A DNA stretch of 64,000 nucleotides from Octopus sinensis (Eukaryota): assembly GCF_006345805.1 (NCBI RefSeq), contig NW_021832596.1, positions 43,733-107,732 of the forward strand, in the 5' to 3' direction. The position numbers were made by a program, and so were the translations under genes. Below, one piece after another: positions 34,770-48,599 of the stretch. The first letter of the stretch is position 1; every line of letters starts with the position of its first letter. The notes beneath the pieces were generated by a model. That model was not told where the DNA came from, did not search any database, and saw nothing but the letters and a program-made list of their open reading frames with translations.

Positions 34770-37700
34770 TTTTGTTTGAGTTTTATTTAAGTTATTCTTA
34801 AAAGAGTTCACGTCTTGCTAACAACGTGGCAAAACTTTTTGAATCAAAAGAGTTCCTGGTGTTTGTAAATATGTGGTTGTGTTAGTGTGTTGGTTGAGCA
34901 GTCAATGAACACACTCAAATCTTCCTTGTGCCACTAATAGTTTCTTTTGCTCTTTTTTCAAAATATCTAGTATTTCTAGGTTTTTGTGTAAATTTGTAGG
35001 GACATAGCTATGATGCTTGGAATAAAGGAGGATTCAAAGTTAGAGTACAAGAGCTTTTAAGTTCTGCATTAATTTACCATAAATGTTCCCTTCTTCCAGG
35101 TCTTTTAATGGTACATTCACATCCACTAGGCAGCTAACCTCAATGACAGTGCATGAATTTTGTTCTATGTCCTACAGAAAGATAACAGCTCTGTTATGTT
35201 TGCACTGAATTGCTGTTTGGAGTGTTCTACCAGTATTTCTTGTTTTTAAAGGGGTAAAATACATGCTGCTTTTAACATGCCTTTGATGTATAAATCTGAG
35301 CAATCCTACCTGCAGATGGCATTGTAAATAGTCTTTGCAGCTATGTCATATCTCAGGACCAGGTAGTATCTTGTAAACATTTTGGGGGAGTTACTGATGA
35401 TGTGGGTGATATCTTCCATACTGGTATAGCAGAGTGGATATTTTCTCCCACAATGTGGAGGTTTGGTGGTATCTTTGTCTCTCTTGTTTATCAGATATTT
35501 AGTAGTTTATCAGATATTTAGATATTATCACCTGTTCCTGGATAGCAAAGGCATATCCTTCCAGGTAGGAAGTAATGTATCTATCACAGGTCCAGGAGAG
35601 GCAAATCTTTCTGTCAATCCTGCTGTTATCATCTAGCTTAAGGTATATGTACCTATGTATTGCTTTTTTCTGGTATGATCCCTGTTTCTCCTCCAAGCTG
35701 CTTTTTTAGGAAAGCCAGTCCAGCCTCCTTCGAGTCACATGAGACAGTTGTATTCTCAGAATACCAGCACAGTTGTTCTACAACTCAGAAGATGTTGTTG
35801 CTCTCACTTATGAGTATACATGAAATGTATTCATTTCTTACTTTATTGTTCAGCAGGTGTTGTCTGACTGATAAAATGTGAAAGTCAAAGGCTGTTTGAA
35901 CTGAACTTATACCTCAACTGCCATCATCTCGTCTCACATAGATCCTATCAATGTTGCTATTAATGAAGAAGTTTTGATGCCCAGGCTGTGGATCTCATCA
36001 AGTGTCCAGTCCAATATCTTACATATTGGTACCAGCACTAGCATTGCAAAAGCATTATGAGATATAGTTTTGTTAAATCTAGAGTGTTGAGTTCCATATT
36101 TTCTGGACTCTACAAAAGTACTCTTTTGTTATTCTGTAGTCTTCTTGTAGTCTATCCATATTGAGAAGAAATTATGGAGATGCTGCTTGGCTTCTTTAAG
36201 GACAGTTTTGTTGAGGTGGAACTGTTCAATACAGTCCCAGACTCCTTCCTTTCCACCTGCTTGTTCATCAGTTATCAACACTATTTGTTTGACAGTTGTC
36301 TTTAACACCGTGTACAGTTTGTACATAACATGCAAGCATGCTATGAGCTAGAGTGTTTGGTCATGTGAGTCTCTTTGTTTTGGGGGATAAGAATAGTCCA
36401 TGCAAACGTCAGCTGATCTGGTATATATCTAGCTCAGTGTTCATTGTTTTTTAAACATAGTCAGAAGAATTTTCTGGTAAAACATTAACTTTTTGTACCA
36501 CTAGCCCACTATCAGATCCCTAGTGATTTTCCATTCAGCAGTTTTATAATAACCACAATAAACCAGATTGTGTTTCACTGGTGACATTATATATTTTGGG
36601 AGAGGCATTTACACAATACTCACCTTGTAGTTCATGCTGTGTCAAGCTTGTGTTTTTAGTTTACATTACTGATTCTCCACCTGAATGAGTCTATATCTCC
36701 TGGGGAAGAGCATTTACTACCTTGGTGGTATCACCTTTCATACAGCCATATGCAGCTTGTGGGTTTCAGACAAACTTTTGATTTATCATTTTGCGTGCAT
36801 GTAATTTTTTACAGTAAGAAAGTTTTTCACTTACTGCTTGTAGATTGTGTTTAATGGTAATCAGTTTGCTTGTGAGTGTTTCTTGACAGCAATTCCCATA
36901 CAGTTTGGAGAATCTATTGTATCTAGAAAATCTAAAATGAATTAATTTTTAGTTATATATTTGATGATAGTGTCCAACAGTTCTATCTTTTTCCTGAATA
37001 CATTGATGTTATTCTGGAAGCTGGTAATCCATTTTGGCTCAGTATTATTTTTTGGATTGAGCTCTTTTACTCCCATCCCTTTGTACACAGTTACTGCAGT
37101 ACAATATAGCAGGATATTTATTGTCCAAAACTGGGAGCTTGAATTTGAGCTACTTGTTCCCTTACAACTTTGTTGATCAGTGATAACATCAGGTCGATTG
37201 GTTTTCCCAAATCTTGTGTCGGTATCATTCTGTCATATTGTGCCTTATGTATGTAAGAAGTAAAGTTTTGTTTGAACTTTGATGCAAGCTGTGATTTTAC
37301 TATTTTATATTCCTTACTTGTTTATGTGAGATCATATGTGGCTGCCACTTGTTTGTGTAGTGGTAGCAGTTTGTTGTTGTGTTTGTCTTGGTTTGTGTTT
37401 CTTGTTATTCACAGTTTCTTAGTGGAGAAAAGTTTACTGTGCCATTAATACAAGTATTATCATTTGTGCATTTTGGCTGGGTGATTTTGCTTAGTGGGAT
37501 GGCATATTTCTTTGCAATACATGTAGATTGCTGGTGCAAATGTTTCTCTGAAAAATTTGAGAGTGTTGGGTATTTCCTATCCAAATATTCTTTAAGTCTC
37601 CTCATGTAGCCTATTGAGGGAGCTTCTGTAGCTTCTCTATAGAACTGGTATAGGTCTTGGTTCAATTTAAAAGTTCACTGCAATGTTTCTCAATAGTTTC

Positions 37701-37900
37701 ACAACATGCAATAGTTGACTCCAGGTTTTTTCATCAACATGGTGTATGTATAGCAACATTTCATGTGGTATGTACTTCACTGTTTGATTTATACTACAAC
37801 CTTTTCAAAAAAGGTTGTTTCTTTGCATTTACTCAAAGAAGATTAGCATTTCTTTTCCCAGGCTTGTATTAATGGCAAAAACTATTGGGGTTAATAAACA
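34770..37900 (-). mobile_element. Degenerate R4/Dong-like LINE, copy A, with internal RT deletion
   Basis: GYMRRLKEY..KHLHQQ (N-terminus); MYKLYT..DEQAGGKEGVWDCIEQ..WIDYKK; EGYAFAIQEQ; zinc-knuckle remnant PLC..EDITHIIS..RYY; restriction-like EN remnant KHNR..IEVSC. Confidence 0.72.
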
Positions 37901-37966
37901 TTATCCATGAAAATGAATAGTCCACATTACCAACATATCTGTAATGAATGCCATGATATGCATGAC

Positions 37967-38056
37967 TGTATGTATGTATGTATGTATGTATGTATGTATG
38001 TATGTATGTATGTATGTATGTATGTATGTATGTATGTATGTATGTATGTATGTATG
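37967..38056. repeat. (TATG)n microsatellite
   Basis: Visible directly. Confidence 0.95.
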
Positions 38057-38396
38057 CATGCATGCATGCATAAGTGTGTTTGCTTGTGCATCTGTACTTA
38101 TGTACATATGTATGCATTCATGTTTGGATCAACAACTACATGTGGCTAAATGAGTAACTCTCTTCAGTTCAACAGTGGTTCAGAGTTGAATAGTTACCAA
38201 AATATCAAGATGTCTAATGTTTATGTGATGTATTTGATGATTATTCTTCCTATTTATTTCAGACATAAAGCTATAGCACCACAACTTGTCGAGTCTATCT
38301 GCATTCTCAGTGACAAAATATATCACATAGATGAAATAAGACTATACTGCCTAGGTTCATGTGTATCTATTTATGATACACCTACTGGCATGTATA

Positions 38397-38951
38397 CAGT
38401 GATCCCTCATTTTTTGTGGTAGATTGGTTCCAAGACCGGCCGCGATAACTGAATTTCTGCAAAGTAGGGACACCAAATTTACAGTATTTATTTAATGTGT
38501 ATTTGGACTTTTAAAACCCTCCCTGTACTGTTAACAACCCTCCCATTACAGTAGTCTATTAATAACAAGGACAATTGTTAAGCAATAACACTTTAGATTT
38601 TAAAAAAATAAAGATTGTTACTGTACTCAAAACGAAAGAAGTTGAAGTTAAATTTGAATGATGATAGTGATGAATTTGCTGCGCAGTAGAAATGATGATG
38701 ATGAAGCTGACGGCGGTGCCCTTTCCTGGGACATCTCTTCCCCTTCTTCCGAAGGTGCAACAGTAGTAGTAGCGGGAGCTGGCTCTTTTTTGCGAGGCTG
38801 CAAAAACATTGTGATAGGAAGTTGCTGCTGCTGCTTCTTTTTCTGTTCAAAGAGCAATGAAAAATTTTAGGTGTTCATATATATATATTTTAAAAATCTG
38901 CAAAGTCATGAATCCGCAATAGTTGAACCGTAAAGAAGCGAGGAATCACTG
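38397..38951 (-). mobile_element. Tigger/pogo-like internally deleted element
   Basis: TIRs CAGTGATCCCTC / GAGGAATCACTG flanked by TA (38395-96, 38952-53). Retains KKKQQQQLPITMFL, resembling a transposase C-terminus. Confidence 0.8.
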
Positions 38952-39935
38952 TATAAGTATGTTAACTTATATTTCCTGTAGGCTTTCTTTTTCAGCACTT
39001 TTTAAGACAATCATTATTTCTCAACATTACCCTGCACGCATAAGTGAAAGCAGGGTATTGTAATCACTTGCCTTTTTCTGTTTGTCTGTGTGTTTGTAAA
39101 ATTACTGGAAAATGGCTGAATGAATTTTCACTACATTTGGTAGAAATACTCACTGGGTGAGTAGTTCAAAATGATGAATGACTGGTTTGATTATCTGACC
39201 CCCCCCCCTGTTTTTTTAAATTGAACTTACAAATTTCCCGATAAGTAAACAGTCGTATTATTTTGTTCACTTTCTTTTTCATATGAATTGACCCTCGTCT
39301 GCATGTGTATAGGTCATGGTGTAACTATGCATGTAGACACGTGTGCATACATACATACATACATAAATATGTGACTGTATGTGTGTATGTGTGTGTGTCT
39401 GTGTGTGTGTGTGTGTCTGTGTTTGTGTAATGGTGATACTTAATTTTTTTTAAAATCAACCTTTCAAATTTCCTGAGAAGTGGTCATATTATTTTGCTCA
39501 CTTTCTTTTTCATATGAATCACCCTCTTCTGCATGTGTATAATTCATGGTGTACCTATGCACATAGACATGTGTGGGCACATACACAAATACATACTTAG
39601 ATATGTAATTGTGTGTATGTATGTGCGTGTGTATGTGTATGTGCATGTGTGAGTGTGTACACTGATAGAGTTGAGGGTTTCATTTATAGATAAGTTGATT
39701 TCTTAATTTCACTGGAGTATAAATACCTATAATGGTGATACTTAAAAAAAATTATTTCACTTCAGTTTAAAAAGCATGGGCAAGCAGTGCATTGTAAGCC
39801 ACACTATAATTTATGAAAAAATTATTTGCACACTGGGTATGCATTGCTCCTCTAATGCCTTTATTTTTCATTATATATAGTAATTACTTTGCTCATTAGT
39901 CTCCTTGTGGGTGATATATATATATATATATATAT

Positions 39936-40240
39936 ATCACGTGATCACATGATCGACCAGACCATCAGATGTTGTTACACATCGCTGGTCACAATGTGTT
40001 CGCATTGTTTTAGCCTTCGAATGATGCCAACCCGCTGGCTAAGCGAGCAGGCCAACAGAAGAAAGAGTGGGAGAGAGAGTGGTGAAAGAGTACAGCAGGG
40101 ATCACCACCCCCTGCCGGATCCTCGTGGAGCTTTTAGCTGTTTTCGCTCAATAAACACACACAACGCCCGGTCTGGGAATCAAAACCGCGATCCTGCGAT
40201 CGCGAATCCGCTGCCCTGACCACTAGGCCATTGCGCCTCC
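39936..40240 (-). mobile_element. tRNA-derived SINE (third family), CpG-rich
   Basis: Head GGAGGCGCAATGGCCTAGTGG (A box) .. GGTTTTGATTCCC (B box), then a unique body; flanked by microsatellite. Confidence 0.8.
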
Positions 40241-40248
40241 ACACACAC

Positions 40249-41014
<766 letters not shown>

Positions 41015-41239
41015 CAATCACTTGTGATTCAAAGCAATCACATTTATTTCAGTAGTAAATATTCCATATTTTGTTAATGTGATACATTTGGATCCATTCT
41101 TTCCAGTGGGTTGATGTTCCCTCAAAGTGAGCTATGATTGTACTACCTGGGTTCAAGTGCATTTAATCTACTTATAGATAGAAGGTAGTTGCAGTTAACT
41201 AGATGACCTAATTAGTAGAGGAGTAGGATGTTCTGAAAG

Positions 41240-41720
41240 CACAGTTGCTAAAATTAGAAGTGACTGAAGAAAGTTCTGAGAGCTATTACCTCTGTTGATA
41301 TCAAAGTGTCTCTCTCAGACTGATAGTGTACATGACAAGCAATGTTACATGGTAGTGAAACATAGTCCATGAAAGCAGAAGACATGTTAAGATTACAAAG
41401 AAATGAAATTAGCATGCTTTACCAGATGTGCCATGTCAAAAGGCAATATACTGCAAAGAGGAAATCTGTTCAGAGAAAAATTGGGCATAAGAGCCACCTG
41501 GTGAAGTGTGCAAGGGAGAAGACTGCAATGGTATGGTAATGTGATGCACATTGATGAGGACAGCTGCATAAAGATGTGCTGATTGCTAAATGTGGATGGA
41601 ATTTATGGAAGAGGGAAACCCAGGAAGATATGGGATGACATAAAGAAAATCAATTTCATGATATTGAGCCTCATGCAAGAGATGATATAAACAGAGATGA
41701 CTGGTGACTTGCTGTGCTCA
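41240..41720 (+). mobile_element. RTE-like LINE 3' fragment
   Basis: WYGNVMHIDEDSCIK..GRGKPRKIW. Confidence 0.65.
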
Positions 41721-44533
41721 AGAAAACCTTTCTATCTCGCCAAAAATCAAGATTCTAAAAGCATATTGTATATGCCTATAATCCCACAAGAAATCTGTCC
41801 CAATCAAACCTTCCCTACAACTTTCTTTATAATATCAGCTCCTCCATCACTCAATTATGGCACTATTTATGCAACTACTATAATCATATGAGAACAAAAC
41901 TGCACATAGTTCATCCAACTTTTGTTTTTGGAACCATTTCTACTTGGAACCACTTCCCTTGTCAACCATCTTTTATTTGCAATGTCATCTTTCACCACTA
42001 TATTTTCCACTGAATGCCCCATTAACCCCAAACACCTTCACACATCAGCTATTGTTGGGCTTTCCCACCTTTGTTTGTTACTCACCGTTTTGATCTTTAT
42101 GTACCTCTGTACAGTACTTACCTCTTTCCCCAACTCCACACACTTCACACCACTCCTCTATTTCTTTCCACAACTGACCCTTTAAGTATTGCCACTTATC
42201 ACCTCATCTTCCCCGATCCATTCCTATTTTCCTTCACTTCTTTCCAAACTGAAATTCACGATTGATTCCTTTTATCCATGTTCACCATCCACTACATTTC
42301 ATCTCTATCTTCATCTGGAACCATTCGTCCTTCCCCTTTCATTCACTTGTGAACTTACTCATCCACCCCTCCTTGTCCCCTGTCCCTTGAAGATATGCTC
42401 TGACATCTCATCACCACCATATTTTCTCCCTTTTCAGTTGGAATAGCCATATATCTCCTCCACAGCAAGACACGTCCAGCCAATAACAGCATGGAAGACA
42501 GATGTAAAATGATGATCATGATGGGGAGGATGATGATGGTGATGATAACGATGATGAAGATGGTGGTGGCTTTCACGGTGCAGAACTGTCTGAAGGTAAC
42601 CCAAGCTCAGAGGGACGATGTTTAATAAACGAGAGCCAACTTTGAGATGCGGAGTTGGGGATAGTGTAAAAAGAATAACTCCTGAAAATGAGAAAGAGGT
42701 GGGTAGAGGTGAACAAAATCGAAATTAGAGAGCCAAAACTAAAGCCAAGAATTAGGGAGACAAAGAAAACAATTTATTACCGCTGTCTCTCTCTTCACCC
42801 CCTCTCTCTGTTCTTTCTGTGATGAATGGTTTCATTCTTTATACGGTAGAATGGAAGTGAAAATAGAGTAGAAGAAAGAGAGAAGAATAAATTACACAGA
42901 GAAAAAAAAGAAGGAAGCGAAAGTAGAAGAGTCTAAACGGACATACAACATTGAAATGCTTTCAGCTTATTTATCTACATAACCTAATTGGTTAGACGAT
43001 AATAAAACGATAGTTATAGTGAGGGTAAGAGAGAGAGAGTGAGAGAGAGAGAGATAAGTAGACAACAAAACAATTGGTTGTCCTAAAAGTTGTCGATAGC
43101 TATGTAAGTAAGGTAAAAATATATTCTAATCCTCTAAACGGGCTTGGTTTAAGTTTTACATCCGCGTTTACACTATATAATGTAAATGTCAGGATATCAT
43201 TGTTGTCGGTAAGTAAATGTTTAATATTCATCTAAAGCTTGAATACAAGAAAACACAACTTGCTTTATAATTTCAACTGTCCAACTACAGAAGTTTAAGT
43301 TCATATTCGGTTTAAATTTGGAGGTTTTATGTCTATTTAAGCGCCTCACAAAAAGCACAGTAGCTTATGTAAACATGCACGCATAAAATGTGTAGACACA
43401 CGTTGATAATTTTTTTTATTGTTATCCGATAATACATATATATATATATTATCTCTATACATTCATATATATATATATACAGAGAGAGAGTGCTTATTCG
43501 CATTTATTATTTACTGACGATATATGTATATCAATTATACACACACACACACACACACACACACGAGTTAGTGGACAAACGAAAAAAAAAAGGGCTCTCA
43601 ACACATTTTGTAGGAGTTACATGTATTATTTGAAACATATATATGTCTATCTAAACACATTTATATACTTCAACACACACACACTCACACGGAAACTTGT
43701 AGTGGTGTTTGCAAAACTCCTTTCAACCGCTGCATATCACACAACAAAACTGTAAGACTTGAATTTTGTTTTAATAATTCGAAAGACAAGGTGACACACA
43801 CATGTGTGTGTCATACCTACGTGTTTGTTTTGGTAATTTACCCGTGTTTGTCCTCACCACCATCTACCCGATCCTGCAAAATTGATATCTTTTAATGAAA
43901 TGTTATAAATATACTTCAGATGTTGTAGATTCTAGTTATATCGGTATTAGTTATAGAAAAAAATTTCTCGAAGGTGGGGAAGAGAGTTTCCGAAAATTCA
44001 CAAAAGTCTGTTTTGTTTTCTCATACCTTTCAGGAAACTGGACATTTTTTCCCTTTTTTAATGAAATTTTCTATAAACACCATTCAGATAGTGTAGATTA
44101 TGTTTGTATTGGAATTTAATATGTAAAAGAAAGTAAAAAGATGTGGGCTTGCTCCCATTTATAATGACAAACATCACAATTCTTATTGAACTTTCGAGTT
44201 TCATTTTGTGATTTATATCAGTGTGTATTTGTGCGAGACCGCCAATTACTCTTTCATTTTAAATTCGATACAATCGTAATATACACTATTTGAAAGGTAT
44301 TTATAGAAAATTTCCTAAACGAAAAATCTATTTTACTGAAAGTTAGGTAGAAACAAAGCCAACTCGTATAAATTTTCCGAAACTGCTCTCCCGACACTCG
44401 GAAAAACTTTTTCGCAACAAGTTTCAATATAATCGAAATCTACACCTTCTGAATCCCAATTGTAAAGCATTTCATTCGAAAAAGTAAGTTATGAGGAAAC
44501 AAATCGGTGGTGGGGCACAATTGTGTAGGTACA

Positions 44534-44584
<51 letters not shown>

Positions 44585-44650
44585 CTGTTTACATCCGCCT
44601 AAAAGTTATAAATCGTGTTTGTGTGTGCGTGCATATGTACATTAGAGATA

Positions 44651-44745
44651 CTGTGCTACGATGCGTATACAGTCTTCAGACGGATGTGTGTGACATACAT
44701 ACAGACACATCCGTCTCAAGTCTGTATATGCATACATTAGCTCAG
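44651..44745 (+). ncRNA. Candidate pri/pre-miRNA hairpin
   Basis: 29-position stem 44661-44689/44705-44733 with 2 mismatches and 1 GU pair; 15-nt loop; 8-position basal stem 44651-58/44738-45 with 1 mismatch. Confidence 0.45.
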
Positions 44746-44879
44746 TGACGCCATTAGACACTAATCCAGTGACCAGGAACTAAATTTGCTTGGGGTGTGC
44801 AAAGCAAAGTCCAAAAGTTTCTACGGACAAGATAGACTTTTCATTCTTAATACCAAAACAGAAGTATAATAATAATGTT

Positions 44880-45300
44880 TTTATTATGGGGGTCGACTGA
44901 ATAGGACCTGTGTGCTGGAGCATTCTCCTGATGAAACACGGCCCTCTTCATCAGTCTTCCTGGGCTTTTGGTCTTAGTAGTCTTTCGTAACTGCCTTAGC
45001 AAGTTGGCATAGCACTCTCCATTGAAAGTGTGACCCTTATGAAGACAGTCAATAAGCACAACGTCTTTTATATTCCAAAAAATCCGGGCCATAACCTTCT
45101 CTAGATGAAACAACCTTGTCATTCAGTGGAACAGGTGAAGAGAGGTGTTTCTTTCCACTTGCATGGATTGCTTCTTTGTCTCTGGCTCAATGTGATGAAC
45201 CCAAAAACATCCTGGGTTAGGAAACAATCAAGGAAACGTGCTGGATCCACCTCAATGTCAGATGTTCTCATGTGATCAACCTGATGCATTTTTGATCAGG
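44880..45300 (-). mobile_element. mariner transposase catalytic-core fragment
   Basis: TQD..WVHH.EPETKKQS; KVMARIFW; FHQENAPAH. An N-terminal piece (WYHAVIKYLQ) lies near 45765-45830. Confidence 0.75.
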
Positions 45301-48300
45301 TGTCAGAACATGTGACACTCAGCGAGCAGAAACCTTCATCATGCTATGTTCATTTTGCAGAATATCTCAACTCTCACAGGATATACTAATAGCACTGGGT
45401 ATTTAAGTTATAGTCAATCGCCAATCATTCATCATTATGTGATGAACACAATGTTTTCCGTGGTGGCAGCAGCAGCTGCAGGACATCCAAACCATGATTT
45501 TTCTGAAGACTATCTCTTCCCTTGCTAAATTTAGCTGCCACTTTTGTACTGACAACAAGGCAGGAGTGTCAACCCTTAATGTATCATGTCTACATGAATA
45601 ATGTCGGCATGAATGTCCTTGAGAAGTTCCATCCACTTTAAATGACCAGCATTTCTTAATGCAACTGTTCTCATCCATATACATCACATAACCAAACCAG
45701 TGCAGTCTTCATTTTTACATGCTACATTTGATTCTTTGTATGCCAATTTGCTGTACATGAAAAGTACCTTTCCCTGCAGGTACTTGATTACAGCATGATA
45801 CCAAATTTTGTCTGTTTTCCAGAGAAGTTGCTAATAGTTATTTTTGAAGTTTTCTCCGGACAGTCAGATATCATTATATCTGGAAAGAAACAATGCATTT
45901 ATTAAATAGGAGAATTGAAATTAATGCAAGCAAGATTTCACAGCTCTTGCATCACTCTTTTATAGTCAGCCTATGAAATTTTCATCCCACATTCGTACAC
46001 ATGGAAAAGTGTCTCAAATCATTCCCAAAACTTTTCTTTGTGCACTCGTTTTTGTAATGAAACTTTCTACAAGGATGTGCAATACATTTTTATTATGCAT
46101 TATGGCACTATGTGCTAGAGGGTGCTGTGTCATTGTGGTACAGAGCCTGTTCTTCAAATGGTGAATGTACTGGATGTTTGCTCATTTGATGCTACAGACA
46201 CAGTTGAAGACAGAATAAGCTGTGTTAGCATGAACACTTGTAGCATACTAGAATGAAAAACATCAGAAGCTCTCCATTTTTCTACAATGTCACATTGAGA
46301 ATACTGACAGATTTTAGGATTCCTGGTTATGTATGTGGAAGCTGTAAAGTTTAATTAGTATTTGGTGGGGTGGGGGTTTTGATGATGGTGGTGGTATGTG
46401 TACTTTGACATTGGCTGATACTGCTTGTACAAATTGTGCATCTTGAAACAGAAAGATGTGTTAATAGATTTTACTTTATTTACAATTTGTAGATTTATGA
46501 TAGTGCTGTGAAGTATACATTCAGATTGAGCTGGAGTTTTTTCTTTGGTAATTTTAAAGTCTATTTAAAATTTTAAAATTTGGTGTATTGATGCAATTCT
46601 CCACACTGAATCTCAGGGGCTAATTCACTTTTTCCAGAAATTAAAAAAAAAAAAGTTACAGAAGTTTAAAGTTTCATAATTTTTATCCAGTCATAAAACA
46701 GAATTTGGAAGCTGTAATTTTGTATGTTCCAGCACGTGATGTCAACTGTAAACAAATGTAATATTGACGAAATTCTGCTTTATGCACACCATATAACCCC
46801 TCATAAATTTTTTATATCTTGGAATTTTCAGAAAATTTTTGTGAATTTGTATTCTACACACAGGAATTCATACAATTATGCAAAAATGGAAATGCATTAG
46901 GAAATGTCTGAGGGATTGTTTACAAAGTATGATTTATTATGAAAGGAAAATTGTTTTAATATCTCTTATACAATTCCAAAATTGCATGGCTTTCATGCCG
47001 GCTTTCTTGTAGACTAATTGAAACCAGAATGGCTGTTGGTCCACACATGGTGTGATATTTGTCTTTAACTCTCTTTACAAAATAGTGCTAAATTTTCTAT
47101 GTTCATTTTGTGATCCACTCCAGAATGATAGCTATACATCATTGTAATCATCTTCCCCATCATGATCATCAACATTTAATGTCTGTTTTCTATGTTAGTA
47201 GAGGTTGGATAGTTTGACTGGCTCCAGTGAGTTGCAGGGCTGCATCATGCTCCGTTTCAGCTTTGGGATCATTTCTCTGGCGGGATACCCCCTTTCTAAC
47301 TCTAACCACTTTACAGTGTGTACTGCATGCTTTTTCATGCCACTGGCAGTTTTGAAGTTGCTAAGTAACTTGCAAGACAAAAAAAACAAGAAAGGAGAAG
47401 AAGAAAAACAGCCCTGTGTGACTTTATACCAGGAACAAGCAAATGTGTCTTACTATAGAAAAGAAGCATGGCTACCCCACATTTAGATATGGGTGAGTGA
47501 CAGATGGTTGTGATGAGGTGCTAGAGCAAAACCTTCCAAGAGAAAGAGATAATATGGGTAGTGGATCAGGAGGGAAGGAAGAGATGGGTGTAGAAGGGAA
47601 TGTAGGGAATGATGTGGAGAGGAGGCATGGCTTAATGCGAAATAGCATTATGGAGTGGGTGTAAGTTGAGAGAGAAATAGGTGACCCAGTGGTAATGGAT
47701 CAGAATGTAGAGGATGATGAACAAGGCACAAGAGCAGTGGGAAGAGGGATGTAGAGATACATAAGGGTGATTATAGTGAGTGGGTGTGGTGCAAACATGA
47801 GAGAATAAGAGCAAGTATGAAGGGTGTTAAGGTAAAATATGGCAGAGAAGAGCTGGGGAACAGAGGCTTGTGGAAAGAGATAATAATTAGAAGGAAGGAT
47901 GGAAACTGAGGGAAGGCCATAATTGGCAATACATAGTGTTAGGGGATGTAATAGTGTCAAGGAGGGATTGATGTTGGGGAAGCAGGTGAGTAAATAGTTG
48001 AGATGTGGGGATGTTTGACAGTGCCCAACATAAGCAAGCATAACCAAAGTGATCTTAGGACCTTATATTTGCTGTGATGGATGGATCTTCTCAAGTATAA
48101 TGAATCACCAATCATTCAGTTCTTTGTCTTCCTATGTCACCCTTTTCAACAAGTTCCATCCACTTTAAATAACCAGCATTTCTTTATGCAACTGTTCTCA
48201 TCCATATACATCACATAACCAAACCAGTGCAGTCTTCACTTTTACATGCTACATTTGATTCCTTGTATGCCAATTTGCTGTACATGAAAACTGACATTGC

Positions 48301-48424
48301 ACATCCAATGGAGCATACTAGTTTCATTCCTCTCTAGTCTTTGCATGTCCTCTATATTCAGAGTCCACATGTCACTACCATTTAATGTTGTTGTTCATAG
48401 GGAAGCATTACACAATCTACTTTT

Positions 48425-48460
<36 letters not shown>

Positions 48461-48599
48461 AACCTTTTGTTGCAAACAGAACCAGTATCTCTCTGCACTT
48501 TCTTCATCCTATTGTTCTAGCAACTATATTTTCAGAACAGCCTCCACCACTGCTAATTAGGTCATCTAAGTAATAGTAACTATCCACTACCTTCAGGAA

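Noticed and set aside
39210-39660. Two diverged ~230-bp tandem units
   Set aside because: Real but microsatellite-laden, and far too long and few for CRISPR; ordinary local duplication.
40160-40240. tRNA-like cloverleaf
   Set aside because: It is the head of a SINE continuing into a ~220-bp body; B box is altered.
46130-46330. Minus-strand open segment after TTTACAG (STYITRNPKICQYSQCDIVEKWRAS)
   Set aside because: No convincing donor, not phase-compatible with the 59390 candidate, and no recognisable domain.
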